From the NCBI GenBank assembly GCA_036229005.1, contig JAZAMN010000034.1, positions 21,729 to 85,728 on the forward strand: DNA of 64,000 nucleotides, written 5' to 3'. Origin of the DNA: Myxococcota bacterium (GTDB lineage Bacteria > Myxococcota_A > UBA796 > CAJQPC01). The number at the start of each line of letters is the position of its first letter. The stretch's first letter is position 1. The position numbers and the translations under genes are program-made. This document shows, in pieces, positions 1-9,657 of the stretch. The notes under the pieces are model-generated. The model was not told the DNA's origin. It made no database searches and was given only the letters and a program-made list of their open reading frames with translations.

Positions 1-849
1 CAGCAGCAGCGCCGTGAGCGTGCTCCCGACCAGGATCTGCTGGGTCGTGGTGGTGAACACCTCCTCCAGAGGCAGCGCCCAGCCCGCAGCGACCAGCTCC
101 AAGGCCCCCGACTCCAGCACCACCTGCAGCCCGGCCGGCCTCAGGAAGGCGCCGACGTAGCCCCCTGCCCCACCCAGCACCCAGGTCCGCAGCGCCAGGT
201 ACAGCGCCGTGCCCGCCGCCAGCCCTCCGAAGGCCCCCAGCGCCTTGCGCGCGCCGTGGCGGTCCCAGAGCACCGCAATCACCAGCGGCAGCGCGGAGAG
301 CATCGTCTCCTTGCTCCCCACCGCCAGCAGCGCGAGCAGCACCGCGAGCACCACGCGCCCTCCGAGAGAGGCCAGCAGCGCGCCCAGGACAAAGGCCGTC
401 CCCAGCATGTCCGGGCTGCGGTCCAGCGCCGGCACCACGTCCATCCCCAGCGGGTGCAGCCCCACCAGCGCGGCCGCGCCCAGGGCCTCCCAGTCCGAGC
501 CCCCCATCTTGCGCGAGAGGCCCCCGACCAGGGTCACGCACAGCAGGTGCAGCCCCAGATCGGCGCCCTGCCAGCCCGCCCCCCAGGTCCCGAAGCCCCC
601 CCGCAGCAGGGAGAACCAGAGCATGGCGATGGGCCGGTAGAAGTTCGCGTTGTCACCAGCCACGCCCTGGGTCAGCGGCGCGAACACCTGTGCACCCAGC
701 TCCCCCAGCGAGGTCACCCTGGCGCCCGCCACGTCCGCCCAGCCATCCACGGAGTTCACCCCCAGCGCCGGGGTGAAGCGGTAGGCCCAGAGCACGGCCA
801 GCAGGAGCAGCGCCCCCGCCACGACCGGCGCCAGCCGCTCCCGACTCAG
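1..849 (-). CDS. Multi-pass membrane GT-C-fold glycosyltransferase-like protein (TMTC/PMT-like), 3'-partial, runs off the window
   Basis: Manual translation of the minus frame 849->1 is open: SRERLAPVVAGALLLLAVLW...NFYRPIAMLWF...GLHLLC...LVGLHP...VGSKET. The YRP, HL, LHP and SKE motifs plus many TM segments are typical of GT-C proteins. Absent from the ORF track because there is no stop in the window. Start uncertain (CTG 849 or GTG 822). Confidence 0.7.
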   Translation of the reverse strand, partial: MSRERLAPVVAGALLLLAVLWAYRFTPALGVNSVDGWADVAGARVTSLGELGAQVFAPLTQGVAGDNANFYRPIAMLWFSLLRGGFGTWGAGWQGADLGLHLLCVTLVGGLSRKMGGSDWEALGAAALVGLHPLGMDVVPALDRSPDMLGTAFVLGALLASLGGRVVLAVLLALLAVGSKETMLSALPLVIAVLWDRHGARKALGAFGGLAAGTALYLALRTWVLGGAGGYVGAFLRPAGLQVVLESGALELVAAGWALPLEEVFTTTTQQILVGSTLTALLL

Positions 850-1892
850 GAGCCGGACACCGGGAGCAGTCCCCGGTCCTGCAGCAGCTCCAGGTTGCCC
901 AGCGCGGCGCCCGCGGCCCCCCGCAGGGTGTTGTGGGCCAGGGCGTAGAACTTGAGCCCCATCACCGGACAGACCTCGACCCGGCCGATGGACACCGCCA
1001 TGCCCTGCCCGCGCTGGATGTCCATGCGCGGCTGGGGCCGGTCCCGCTGCGGGAGCAGGTGGTAGAGCGGGCTGGGGACCGAGGGGAGCTCCAGGCCGTG
1101 GTCGTAGCTGCGCCAGGCCTCCAGGGCCTGCTCCGGGGTGCAGGGCCGCTCGAAGGAGACCTGGGCGGAGATCAGGTGCCCGTCCGCAGTCGGCACCCGC
1201 ACTGCCCTGGCCGAGACCGGGAAAGCCGCAGGAGCGTCCATGCTGCCCAGGATCTTCTGGGGCTCGATGCCCAGCTTCTCCTCCTCGTTGCCGGGGTGCG
1301 GGTGCACGTTGGCGACCATGTCCCAGGCGCTCTCGCCCGGGTAGCCCGCCCCCGAGACCGCCTGCCAGGTGCTCGCGCACACCGCCTTCACGCCGAAGGC
1401 CTCGTGCAGCGGTGCCAGGGCCAGGGCCAGCGGGATCGCGCAGCAGTTGGGGTTGGTCACGATGTAGCCCGCGCCGGGCTGGCGCTGGATGAGGCCCAGG
1501 TGCTCCGGGTTCACCTCGGGGATGACCAGGGGCACGATGGGGTCATCGCGGTAGGCGGAGGCGTTGGACACCACCGCGAACCCCGCCGACCGGAACTCCG
1601 CCTCCACCGCCTTGGCCGGCCGCGAGGGCATCGCGGACAGCGCGACCTTGAGCTGGGGCACCGCCTGGGGCTCGCAGGGCAGCACCGGCATCTCGGCGAT
1701 CCCGGCGGGGATGTCCCCGGGGAGCCGCCAGGTGCAGGCCTCGCCATAGCTGCGCCCCACGGAGCGCTCGGAGGCGCAGAGCGCCCCCACCTTGAACCAG
1801 GGGTGCTCCGCCAGGAGCTGGATCAGGCGCTGGCCGACCATGCCGGTCGCGCCGAGCACGGCGACGGGAATGCGCTGTTGGGGTGCGGGCAT
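846..1892 (-). CDS. asd: Aspartate-semialdehyde dehydrogenase
   Basis: VAVLGATGMVGQ NAD-binding motif, SNASAYR, PLVIPEVNPEH, TNPNC active site, QAVSGAGY, HNTLRGAAG. ATG at 1892 overlaps the xerD stop (TGATG). Confidence 0.93.
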   Translation of the reverse strand: MPAPQQRIPVAVLGATGMVGQRLIQLLAEHPWFKVGALCASERSVGRSYGEACTWRLPGDIPAGIAEMPVLPCEPQAVPQLKVALSAMPSRPAKAVEAEFRSAGFAVVSNASAYRDDPIVPLVIPEVNPEHLGLIQRQPGAGYIVTNPNCCAIPLALALAPLHEAFGVKAVCASTWQAVSGAGYPGESAWDMVANVHPHPGNEEEKLGIEPQKILGSMDAPAAFPVSARAVRVPTADGHLISAQVSFERPCTPEQALEAWRSYDHGLELPSVPSPLYHLLPQRDRPQPRMDIQRGQGMAVSIGRVEVCPVMGLKFYALAHNTLRGAAGAALGNLELLQDRGLLPVSGS

Positions 1893-2785
1893 CACTGTCC
1901 TCGAGGGTGGCTGTCCGCGTGCACCCGGCGAAGTCGCTCGCGGGCCACGTGGGTGTAGATCTGTGTGGTGGAGATGTCGGCGTGGCCCAGCATGGCCTGC
2001 ACCGCGCGCAGGTCCGCGCCATTCTCCAACAGGTGGGTGGCGAAGCTGTGTCGCAGCTTGTGGGGGCTGACGCGCTCGCTGGCGATGCCGCAGAGCGTCG
2101 CGTAGCGCTTGATGCGCACCCAGAACGCCTTGCGGCTGATGTGCCCCCCCCGCGGCGAGGGGAAGACCCAGGGCGAGCGCTGCCGGGGATCCAGCTCCCG
2201 GCGCCCCCCGGACATCCACCCCACCAGGGCCTGCGCGGCCAGCGGCCCCGTGGGGACCAGCCGCTCCTTGTCGCCCTTTCCGGTCACCAGCAGCAGCCCC
2301 CGCTCGAGCTGCAGGTTCCGGGCCTCCAGGCTCACGAGCTCACTCACGCGCAGCCCGCAGCTATAGAGGAGCTGCATCATCGTGGCGTCCCGGTGGCCGA
2401 TCAGGCTGCTGCGATCCGGCGCCGCCAGCAGGGCCTCGACCTCGCGCCTGGAGAGCACCTGGGGCAGCGGGCTCAGGTGCTTGGGGGCCTGCACCAGCAC
2501 GCTGGGGTCCTGCTCCAGCCGCCCCTCGCGCACCAGGAAGCGGAAGAGCTGCCGGAAGGCGCTGCGGTGTCGGGTCGCCGTGCGCTCCCCCCGCCCCGTG
2601 TCCAGGAGGAAGGCCATGTAGGCGCTCAGGTCTTCTCGGCGCACCGCCTCGGGCCGCTCGATGCCCCGCCCCGCCAGAAAGCGCTGCAGCTCAGCGAGGT
2701 CCCGCTGGTAGGCCTGCACCGTGTTGTCCGAGAGCCGCCGCTCCACCCGGGCGAAGCTCAGGTAGCCCTCCAGGGCCGCCTCCAT
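1892..2785 (-). CDS. xerD: Site-specific tyrosine recombinase XerD
   Basis: GLRVSEL, GKGDKER, HKLRHSFATHLL, LGHADISTTQIYTHV catalytic residues, plus N-terminal SAM-like domain. ATG 2785 overlaps the mutS stop. Confidence 0.9.
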   Translation of the reverse strand: MEAALEGYLSFARVERRLSDNTVQAYQRDLAELQRFLAGRGIERPEAVRREDLSAYMAFLLDTGRGERTATRHRSAFRQLFRFLVREGRLEQDPSVLVQAPKHLSPLPQVLSRREVEALLAAPDRSSLIGHRDATMMQLLYSCGLRVSELVSLEARNLQLERGLLLVTGKGDKERLVPTGPLAAQALVGWMSGGRRELDPRQRSPWVFPSPRGGHISRKAFWVRIKRYATLCGIASERVSPHKLRHSFATHLLENGADLRAVQAMLGHADISTTQIYTHVARERLRRVHADSHPRGQ

Positions 2786-5364
2786 CAGCCCAGCTCCTTG
2801 AGCCTGTAGAGCGCGTCCAGCGCCTGCCGCGGGGTGAGCGCGTCCGGATCGATGTCCGCGAGGGCCTCGCGCAGCGAATCGGTGACCTCGCTTGCGGGCG
2901 CAGGTGCCGGGGTTGGATCTGCGGGCGCGCGGCCAAAGAGGGAGAGCTGCGGTCCCGGGTTGGCCCGGTTGTGCTTCTCCAGCTCCACAAGCAGGGTCTT
3001 GGCCCGGTCGACCACCCCCTGCGGCATGCCCGCCAGGCGCGCACACTGGATGCCGTAGCTGCGCGAGGTGCCGCCATCCTTGAGGCGCCGCAAGAAGAGG
3101 ATGCGGTCCCCCCACTCGCTCACCGCCACGGACACGTTCGCGACGTTCGCGCGGGTGTCCGCCAGCTCCAGCAGCTCGTGGTAGTGGGTGGCGAAGAGGG
3201 TGCGGGCGCGGACCTGGTCGTGCAGCGCCTCGGCGACGGACCACGCGATGGCCACGCCGTCGTAGGTGCTGGTCCCGCGGCCGATCTCGTCCAGGATGAC
3301 CAGCGAGCGCTCGGTGGCGTGGTGCAGGATGTTGGCCGTCTCGGACATCTCCACCATGAAGGTGCTGCGGCCCGTCGCCAGGTCGTCGCTGGCGCCCACG
3401 CGGGTGAAGATGCGGTCGCAGATCCCGATCTGCGCGGCGCTGGCGGGCACGAAAGAGCCGAGCTGCGCCATCAGGGCGATCAGCGCGGTCTGCCGCATGA
3501 TGGTGCTCTTGCCGCTCATGTTCGGACCGGTGACCAGCAGGACCTGACGCCCAGCGGGGTCCAGGTGCAGGTCGTTGGGCACGAAAGCTTCGCCCAGGTC
3601 CATCTGCTCGACCACGGGGTGGCGCCCCGCCTCGATGCGCAGCGCCCGCGAGGTGTCGATGACCGGCCGCACATAGTGGTTGTCGCTGGCCAGCTCCGCC
3701 AGCGCCCCGTAGACGTCCAGCTCGGCCAGGCAGCGCGCGACCGCCTGCAGACGCCCAACGTGCTCCCCCAGCGCATCCCGGAGCTCCACGAACAGGCCGT
3801 GCTCCAGGGCCTTGCGGCGCTCGTCGGCGCCCAGGACCTTCTCTTCGAGCTCCTTGAGCTCCGGGGTGATGTAGCGCTCGGCGTTGGTGAGCGTCTGCTT
3901 GCGCAGGTAGTGCTCCGGGACCCGGTGCAGGTTGGCCTTGGAGACCTCGATGAAGTAGCCAAAGACCTTGTTGTACTTGACCTTCAGGCTGCTGATCCCC
4001 GTGACCTCCCGCTCCTCCTGCTCCATCTTCGCGATGATGGACTTCCCTTCTCGGGAGAGGGTCACCAGCTCGTCCAGCTCTGGGTCCACCCCCTGACGGA
4101 ACAGGCCCCCCTCCGTGAGCGCCACAGGAGGCTCATCAACGAGGTCACGCTGGATGCGCGCGGCCACGTCAGACGCCGGATCCCGGGGCACCAGGTGCGC
4201 CAGCGCGGGCTTTGCCGACACCGCCTCGGTCACCTGCGGGAGGGCCAGCAGCGACTCGGCCAGGCGCACCAGATCGCGGGCGTTGGCGGTGCGCTGGGCC
4301 AGCTTGGAGGCCAGGCGCTCGATGTCCGAGACCTGCTTGAGGGCGGCGACCAGGTCGGCCCGGCTCAGGCCGTCATCCACCAGGGACTCGACGGCGTCCA
4401 GGCGCGCCCGGATGCGCTCGGGGTCCAGCAGCGGGTAGCTCAGCCACTCCCGCAGCATGCGCCCGCCCATCGCGGTGGCGCTGCGGTCCATCAGGCCCAG
4501 GAGCGTGCCGCTGCGGCCGCTGCCCATCAGGGGCTTGAAGAGCTCCAGGTTCCGGCGCGTGGCGGCGTCCAGGACCATGAACCCGGAGACGGCGTAGGGA
4601 CGCAGGCCCCGGAGCTGGGGGAGCTCACCGCGCAGGTTGTGCCGGGCGTAGTCGAGCACCGCGACCGCGGCGGCCAGGCTGGGGCCCAGATCCTCGGCGC
4701 CGAAGCCGGACAGGTCCCGGACCTCCAGGCGACGCGCGAGCTCCTGCTGGGCGGCCGGCACGTCGAAGCGGGTGTCGTGGATGGGGTTGAGGGCGACGCC
4801 GCGCAGGGCCTCGACCAGCTCGGCGTCCTCCTGCAGCGAGGCGGGCAGCACCACCTCCCGGGGGGAGATGCGCGCGAGCTCCTCCAGCACCTGATCGCGG
4901 CCCTGGGGCTCGGTCACCCGCAGGTCGCCGGTGGTCACGTCCAGCAGCGCGAGTCCCCAGGTGGGGGTGTGCAGCAGCCCGACCAGCCAGCAGGCCTCGC
5001 GGGGGTTGGCGGACTCGGGGTCCAAGGCCACGCCCGGACTCACCACCCGGACGATGTCCCGGCGCACCAGGCCCTTGGCCTGCTTGGGGTCCTCGACCTG
5101 GTCGGCGATGGCGACCTTGTGGCCGCGCTCCACCAGGGTCTGGATGTAGCCCCGGGCGGCGTGGTGCGGCACCCCGGCCATGGGGATGGGGTCGTCCGCG
5201 CCCTTGTTCCGGGAGGTCAGGGTGAGCTCCAGCTCCTGCGCGGCCAGCTTGGCGTCGTCGAAGAAGAGCTCGTAGAAGTCGCCCATGCGGAAGAAGAGCA
5301 TGGCGTCGGGCACCTGGGCGCGGAGCTCCAGGTACTGGCGGAACATGGGGGTGTCGCGGCTCAT
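2785..5364 (-). CDS. mutS: DNA mismatch repair protein MutS
   Basis: TPMFRQY, FFRMGDFYELF, TGPNMSGKST Walker A, STFMVEM, LDEIGRGTST, FATHYHEL, QLSLF clamp motif. ATGA overlap with rsmB. Confidence 0.97.
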   Translation of the reverse strand: MSRDTPMFRQYLELRAQVPDAMLFFRMGDFYELFFDDAKLAAQELELTLTSRNKGADDPIPMAGVPHHAARGYIQTLVERGHKVAIADQVEDPKQAKGLVRRDIVRVVSPGVALDPESANPREACWLVGLLHTPTWGLALLDVTTGDLRVTEPQGRDQVLEELARISPREVVLPASLQEDAELVEALRGVALNPIHDTRFDVPAAQQELARRLEVRDLSGFGAEDLGPSLAAAVAVLDYARHNLRGELPQLRGLRPYAVSGFMVLDAATRRNLELFKPLMGSGRSGTLLGLMDRSATAMGGRMLREWLSYPLLDPERIRARLDAVESLVDDGLSRADLVAALKQVSDIERLASKLAQRTANARDLVRLAESLLALPQVTEAVSAKPALAHLVPRDPASDVAARIQRDLVDEPPVALTEGGLFRQGVDPELDELVTLSREGKSIIAKMEQEEREVTGISSLKVKYNKVFGYFIEVSKANLHRVPEHYLRKQTLTNAERYITPELKELEEKVLGADERRKALEHGLFVELRDALGEHVGRLQAVARCLAELDVYGALAELASDNHYVRPVIDTSRALRIEAGRHPVVEQMDLGEAFVPNDLHLDPAGRQVLLVTGPNMSGKSTIMRQTALIALMAQLGSFVPASAAQIGICDRIFTRVGASDDLATGRSTFMVEMSETANILHHATERSLVILDEIGRGTSTYDGVAIAWSVAEALHDQVRARTLFATHYHELLELADTRANVANVSVAVSEWGDRILFLRRLKDGGTSRSYGIQCARLAGMPQGVVDRAKTLLVELEKHNRANPGPQLSLFGRAPADPTPAPAPASEVTDSLREALADIDPDALTPRQALDALYRLKELG

Positions 5365-6581
5365 GTCCCCTCCCCGGCCCGCAGCAGGCGCGCGGCGAAG
5401 AAGGCGTCCTCGTGGGCGCTGGGGGGTGCGGTCTCCAGGGTGGCGTCCAGGGTCCACTCGGGGTGGTGGGCCACGAAGTCCTGGACCACCTGGATCCCCT
5501 CCTCCGGCTCCGGCGAGCAGACCGCGTAGACGATGCGGCCGCCGGGGCGCACCCGCTCGGCGACGCGCTCCAGGATCAGGCTCTGGGTGAGGCTGTGCGC
5601 GGCGGGATCCCCGGGCTGGCGGCTCCAGCGGATCTCGGGGTGGCGGCGGGTGGTCCCCAGCCCCGAGCAGGGCGCATCGACCAGCGCGGCGTCGAAGGGG
5701 CCCAGCTCCGGCTGCGCGAGGGTCCAGTCGGCGGCCTGGTACCGGGCCTTGAGCCCCGTGCGGTCCAGGGAGTGCTGGAGGCGCTCCAGACGCTCAGCGC
5801 TGCGGTCGGTGGCGAACACGTTGGCACCCTGAGCGGCCATGCGCAGGGTCTTCCCGCCGGGGGCGGCGCAGGCGTCCAGCACGGACTCACCGGGCTGCAC
5901 CTGGAGCAGGTCGGCGGTGGCGGCGGCGGCGGGGTCCATGACCCACCAGTGGCCCTCGGAGTAGCCCGGCAGCTCCTCGACTTTGCCCTTGGTGTCGACC
6001 CAGCGCAGGCCCGGGACGGCCTGTCCGGCGGTGGACCCAGGTGTGCCGGCGGGACCCAGCCCCTCCTCCCCCTTCATGCAGACGGCCAAGGGGGCGGGCT
6101 CGGACATGCGCGCGCACCACTGGGCGACGGGCTCCTTGCCGTAGCGCTGCTCCCAACGCTCGATGAGCCAGGCGGGGTGGTCCAGGGTGGGGTCGTCCGG
6201 GAGCGTGGCCTTGGCGCCCTTGCGGAGCACCGCGTTGACGAAGCCGCTGGCCCGCCCGACCTTGAGCTTGCGGGAGAGCTGCACGGCCTGATCCACCGCG
6301 GCGTGGGCGGGGGTGCGCATGCACTGGAGCTCGTAGAGGCCGATGCGCAGCACGGTGAGCACCGGCGCGTCCAGCTTCTGCAGAGGCTGCTTGGAGAAGC
6401 CACTGAGCACCGCATCCAGCGCCCCTCGCCGGCGAAGCACGCCAAAGGTGATGGCGCGCGCCAGGGGCATCTCGCTGGAGTCGGGGAGGAGGGACTGGAG
6501 GGTGCTGTCTGCGTGACGGCCCACCTCCACGTCAAGCAGGGCCCGCGCAGCAGCCAGGCGCCCTGGGTTCAAGCGAGGCAT
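5361..6581 (-). CDS. rsmB: 16S rRNA m5C methyltransferase RsmB/Sun (NusB-like N-terminal domain)
   Basis: NusB-like LRIGLYEL and FVNAVLR, LDACAAPGGKT SAM motif, DAPCSGLG, YAVCS. Confidence 0.88.
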   Translation of the reverse strand: MPRLNPGRLAAARALLDVEVGRHADSTLQSLLPDSSEMPLARAITFGVLRRRGALDAVLSGFSKQPLQKLDAPVLTVLRIGLYELQCMRTPAHAAVDQAVQLSRKLKVGRASGFVNAVLRKGAKATLPDDPTLDHPAWLIERWEQRYGKEPVAQWCARMSEPAPLAVCMKGEEGLGPAGTPGSTAGQAVPGLRWVDTKGKVEELPGYSEGHWWVMDPAAAATADLLQVQPGESVLDACAAPGGKTLRMAAQGANVFATDRSAERLERLQHSLDRTGLKARYQAADWTLAQPELGPFDAALVDAPCSGLGTTRRHPEIRWSRQPGDPAAHSLTQSLILERVAERVRPGGRIVYAVCSPEPEEGIQVVQDFVAHHPEWTLDATLETAPPSAHEDAFFAARLLRAGEGT

Positions 6582-7487
6582 TCAGGGGGCCTGTTGCAGG
6601 GCGATGAGCTCGGAGACGATCTGACTCTCGGGCAGCCCCCGCAGTCGCCAGCCATCCAGGAAGAATGCGGGGTCACCGCGCACGCCGGCGCTCTCTGCCG
6701 CCTGCTGGTGGGCCTCGAGCAGCTCGCCCTGGTTGAAGAGGTCACCGCGGAAGCGCCCCATGTCCAGGCCGATCTGCTCGGCCGCCTGGAGCACGACGGT
6801 GCGGTCGACTTCCTGCGAGACGAGCAGCGCCTGGTGCATCTCCTTCCACTTGCCCTGGCTGGCCGCGGCCAATACGCCCCGGGCGGCGACGTCCGACTGC
6901 ACGTGGCGCTCGGGTGCCCAGAACAGCGGCTGGAGGCGCAGGCTGGGGAACTCGGCCTGGAGCTGGATGGCGTGGGCCCAGGACTGCCCGCAGAAGGGGC
7001 TCTCGTAGTCCGTGACCACCAGCAGCACCGGGCCCTCCCCCGTCTCGGCGGGGCCCCCCAGCTCGGGCAGATCCACCCACCCTTCGGTGAAGCGCAGGCT
7101 CTCCAGGACCTCGGCGTCGCTGCTGCCCTGCGCGATCAGGCCGCCCGCATAGCGCGCGACCCGGGTCTGGACGGGGCAGGTGGCCAGGCAGTCGGAGGCG
7201 GAGATACCCTCCAGGATGCAGCTCGCGCAGGCGCCGTAGCTCTGGTTGAGGGCCTGCAGGAGCTTCTGGGCCTGGTCCGGCTCCAACCCCTCGGCCAGCT
7301 CGGCGGGGAGGGTCTGGAGGGTGCCGGGCTTGAGCTGCAGGCGCCCATCGGCCATGCGGTCCTGGTCGACCGCGATGTCCCCGGCGGGGGTGCTGCGCTT
7401 GCTGGCGATGGGCTCGATTGTGGTGGGCGTACCAGGCTCCGAGGGAGCGCTCTGGCAGCCCAGGAGCAGGGCGACGATGAGGGTCAC
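6582..7487 (-). CDS. DsbA/thioredoxin-fold lipoprotein with SxxC site and Cys-rich N-terminal domain
   Basis: Lipobox LLLGC, CASC...C...C segment, VVTDYESPFC, AASQGKWKEMH, GVRGDPAFFLDG (DsbA/Com1-like). Confidence 0.7.
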   Translation of the reverse strand: MTLIVALLLGCQSAPSEPGTPTTIEPIASKRSTPAGDIAVDQDRMADGRLQLKPGTLQTLPAELAEGLEPDQAQKLLQALNQSYGACASCILEGISASDCLATCPVQTRVARYAGGLIAQGSSDAEVLESLRFTEGWVDLPELGGPAETGEGPVLLVVTDYESPFCGQSWAHAIQLQAEFPSLRLQPLFWAPERHVQSDVAARGVLAAASQGKWKEMHQALLVSQEVDRTVVLQAAEQIGLDMGRFRGDLFNQGELLEAHQQAAESAGVRGDPAFFLDGWRLRGLPESQIVSELIALQQAP

Positions 7488-7497
7488 GACAAGGGCC

Positions 7498-7791
7498 TCA
7501 GGTCCAGGGGTCCTGGCTCGCAGAGCTGGGAATGGGGGGCAGATCCGCGGGGCCCCGGCGGCGGAAGAGGGCGCCGAGGATCAGGCCCATCAGCAGGCCC
7601 ACCGCCAGCGTCACGGCCATCAGCACGGGCACGGAGACTGGCTGGGCGAGCTGCGTGGCGAAGAAGCCGAGGTTCAGGGACAGCCCGGTCACCCGGCTGG
7701 CGTTCTGCAGCCAGAAGAGCGCGGTGGGGGTGCCGACGAGCAGCAGCGTGACCGCAGCGAAGATCAGCTTGGCTTTGGTGTTCATGGGCAC
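7498..7791 (-). CDS. lapA: Small two-TM LapA-family membrane protein
   Basis: Two hydrophobic helices around QN...LNLGF. Lies directly downstream of rpsA as in cmk-rpsA-(ihfB)-lapA clusters. AGGAG Shine-Dalgarno upstream. Confidence 0.55.
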   Translation of the reverse strand: MPMNTKAKLIFAAVTLLLVGTPTALFWLQNASRVTGLSLNLGFFATQLAQPVSVPVLMAVTLAVGLLMGLILGALFRRRGPADLPPIPSSASQDPWT

Positions 7792-7867
7792 TCCTCTGAG
7801 AGCGTGCGGGCCTCACCCGCCTGTATCACGACAGCCCGGACGGGCCAGAGGGGGGCCCCCAGAGCAG

Positions 7868-7899
7868 CAACGGCAGCGGGGATGAACCCGCTGCCGTTG
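7868..7899 (-). terminator. Stem-loop after rpsA (terminator or processing/stabilising hairpin)
   Basis: Perfect 13-bp inverted repeat CAACGGCAGCGGG-gatgaa-CCCGCTGCCGTTG, 36 nt after the rpsA stop. Weak U-tract. Confidence 0.6.
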
Positions 7900-7935
7900 A
7901 CTGTTGGTGCGCTCAGGGAGCGCGGCGAACGAGGA

Positions 7936-9657
7936 TCAGCCCTCGTCCTCCTGCACCTTGAGGTCCAGGTGGCCCATCAGGTCGCCCAGACTGGCGCCGG
8001 GGGTGCCCTGCTTGGCGATGTAGTCCTTGACGTCGTTCACCTCGGAGACCTGCTCGTCGGCGCCGGCCTCGGAGAGGCTGATCTTGCGGTCGTGGGAGTC
8101 GATGTTCAGGATGCTCACGGTGAGGGGCTTGCCCACAGCGTAGGTGTCCATCCAGTCGCCCTCGGAGCCGGCCAGCTCGGAGACGTGGACCAGACCCTCG
8201 ACGCCGTCCTCGAGCTCCACGAACACGCCGAAGTCAGCGACGTGGACGATGGGGCCCTGCAGGACCTGACCCAGGAAGTAGCGGCCCTGCACGGACAGCC
8301 AGGGATCCTCGGTGAGCTGCTTGATGCCCAGGGAGAAGCGCTCGCCGTAGCGGTCGATGTTCAGCACGCGAGCCTCGACCTCGTCGCCCTTCTGGAAGCG
8401 ATCGGAGGGGTGACGCAGGCGCTGGCCCCAGGACAGGTCGCTGATGTGCACCAGGCCGTCGATGCCATCCTCGATGCCCACGAAGATGCCGAAGTCGGTG
8501 ATGTTGCGCACCTTGCCCTTGACGATGGTGCCGACGGGGTAGCGCTCCTCGATGCGGTCCCAGGGGTTCTCCTCGAGCTGACGCATGCCGAGAGAGATCC
8601 GCTTGTTCTCCATGTCGATGCCCAGCACCTGAGCCTCGACCACGTCGCCGATGGCGACCAGCTTGGAGGGGTGCTTGACGCGCTTGTTCCAGGTCATCTC
8701 GGAGATGTGGACCAGACCCTCGATGCCGTCCTCGAGCTCGATGAAGGAGCCGTAGTCGGGGATGGACACGACCTTGCCGCGGACGATGGAGCCCACGGGG
8801 TACTTGTAGTCCACCTCGTCCCAGGGGTCGGGACGCATCTGCTTGTAGCCCAGGGAGACGCGCTGGGAGTCAGCGTCGAACTTGAGGACCTTGACCTCGA
8901 TGCTCTGACCGACCTCGAACATCTCGGAGGGGTGGTTGATGCGGCCGTAGGACATGTCGGTGATGTGCAGCAGGCCGTCGATCCCGCCCAGGTCCACGAA
9001 GGCGCCGTAGTCGGTGATGTTCTTGATGACGCCGTTCATGATGGCGCCAACGTGCAGGCGACCCACGGTCTCCATGCGCTTGCTCTCGCGCTCCTCCTCG
9101 AGGAGGACGCGGCGGGACAGCACGATGTTGCCGCGGCGCTTGTTGAACTTGATGATGCGGAAGTCGAAGGCCTCGCCGATCAGCTTGTCCAGGTTCTTGA
9201 CGGGACGCAGGTCCACCTGGGAGCCGGGGAGGAAGGCCTTGACGCCGATGTTCACGGACAGGCCGCCCTTGACGCGGGCGACGATGGTGCCGTTCACGGT
9301 CTCGTTGGCCTCGACCGCCTTGGCGACCTCGTCCCAGGCCTTCATCAGGTCGGCCTTCTCCTTGGAGAGGTGCAGCTCGCCGTCTTCCTCGGACATGTTG
9401 CCCAGGTAGACATCGACCTTGTCACCAGGCTGGATGGTGGCGACGCCGGTCTCATCCTTGAACTGGTGCAGAGGGATGCGGCCCTCGGCCTTGTAGCCCA
9501 CGTCCACCGTGACCCAGTCGCCCTCGATGGCGATCACGGTGCCGGTGACGACCGACTGCTCCTTGATGTTGGAGGTGGACAGGTAGTCGTCGAAGTAGGC
9601 CTTGAAGTCGTCAGAAGCAAGGTCAGCGAGGTTGGCGTCGAGATCGATGGTGCTCAT
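7936..9657 (-). CDS. rpsA: 30S ribosomal protein S1
   Basis: Six S1 repeats (ITDYGAFVDLGGIDGLLHITDMS, EGLVHISEM, DGLVHISDLS). Highly expressed-type codon usage. Confidence 0.97.
   Translation of the reverse strand: MSTIDLDANLADLASDDFKAYFDDYLSTSNIKEQSVVTGTVIAIEGDWVTVDVGYKAEGRIPLHQFKDETGVATIQPGDKVDVYLGNMSEEDGELHLSKEKADLMKAWDEVAKAVEANETVNGTIVARVKGGLSVNIGVKAFLPGSQVDLRPVKNLDKLIGEAFDFRIIKFNKRRGNIVLSRRVLLEEERESKRMETVGRLHVGAIMNGVIKNITDYGAFVDLGGIDGLLHITDMSYGRINHPSEMFEVGQSIEVKVLKFDADSQRVSLGYKQMRPDPWDEVDYKYPVGSIVRGKVVSIPDYGSFIELEDGIEGLVHISEMTWNKRVKHPSKLVAIGDVVEAQVLGIDMENKRISLGMRQLEENPWDRIEERYPVGTIVKGKVRNITDFGIFVGIEDGIDGLVHISDLSWGQRLRHPSDRFQKGDEVEARVLNIDRYGERFSLGIKQLTEDPWLSVQGRYFLGQVLQGPIVHVADFGVFVELEDGVEGLVHVSELAGSEGDWMDTYAVGKPLTVSILNIDSHDRKISLSEAGADEQVSEVNDVKDYIAKQGTPGASLGDLMGHLDLKVQEDEG

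Noticed and set aside
1892..2785. Prophage or island integrase
   Set aside because: The sequence is typical housekeeping XerD, translationally coupled to mutS and asd. No att/tRNA, phage or cargo genes.
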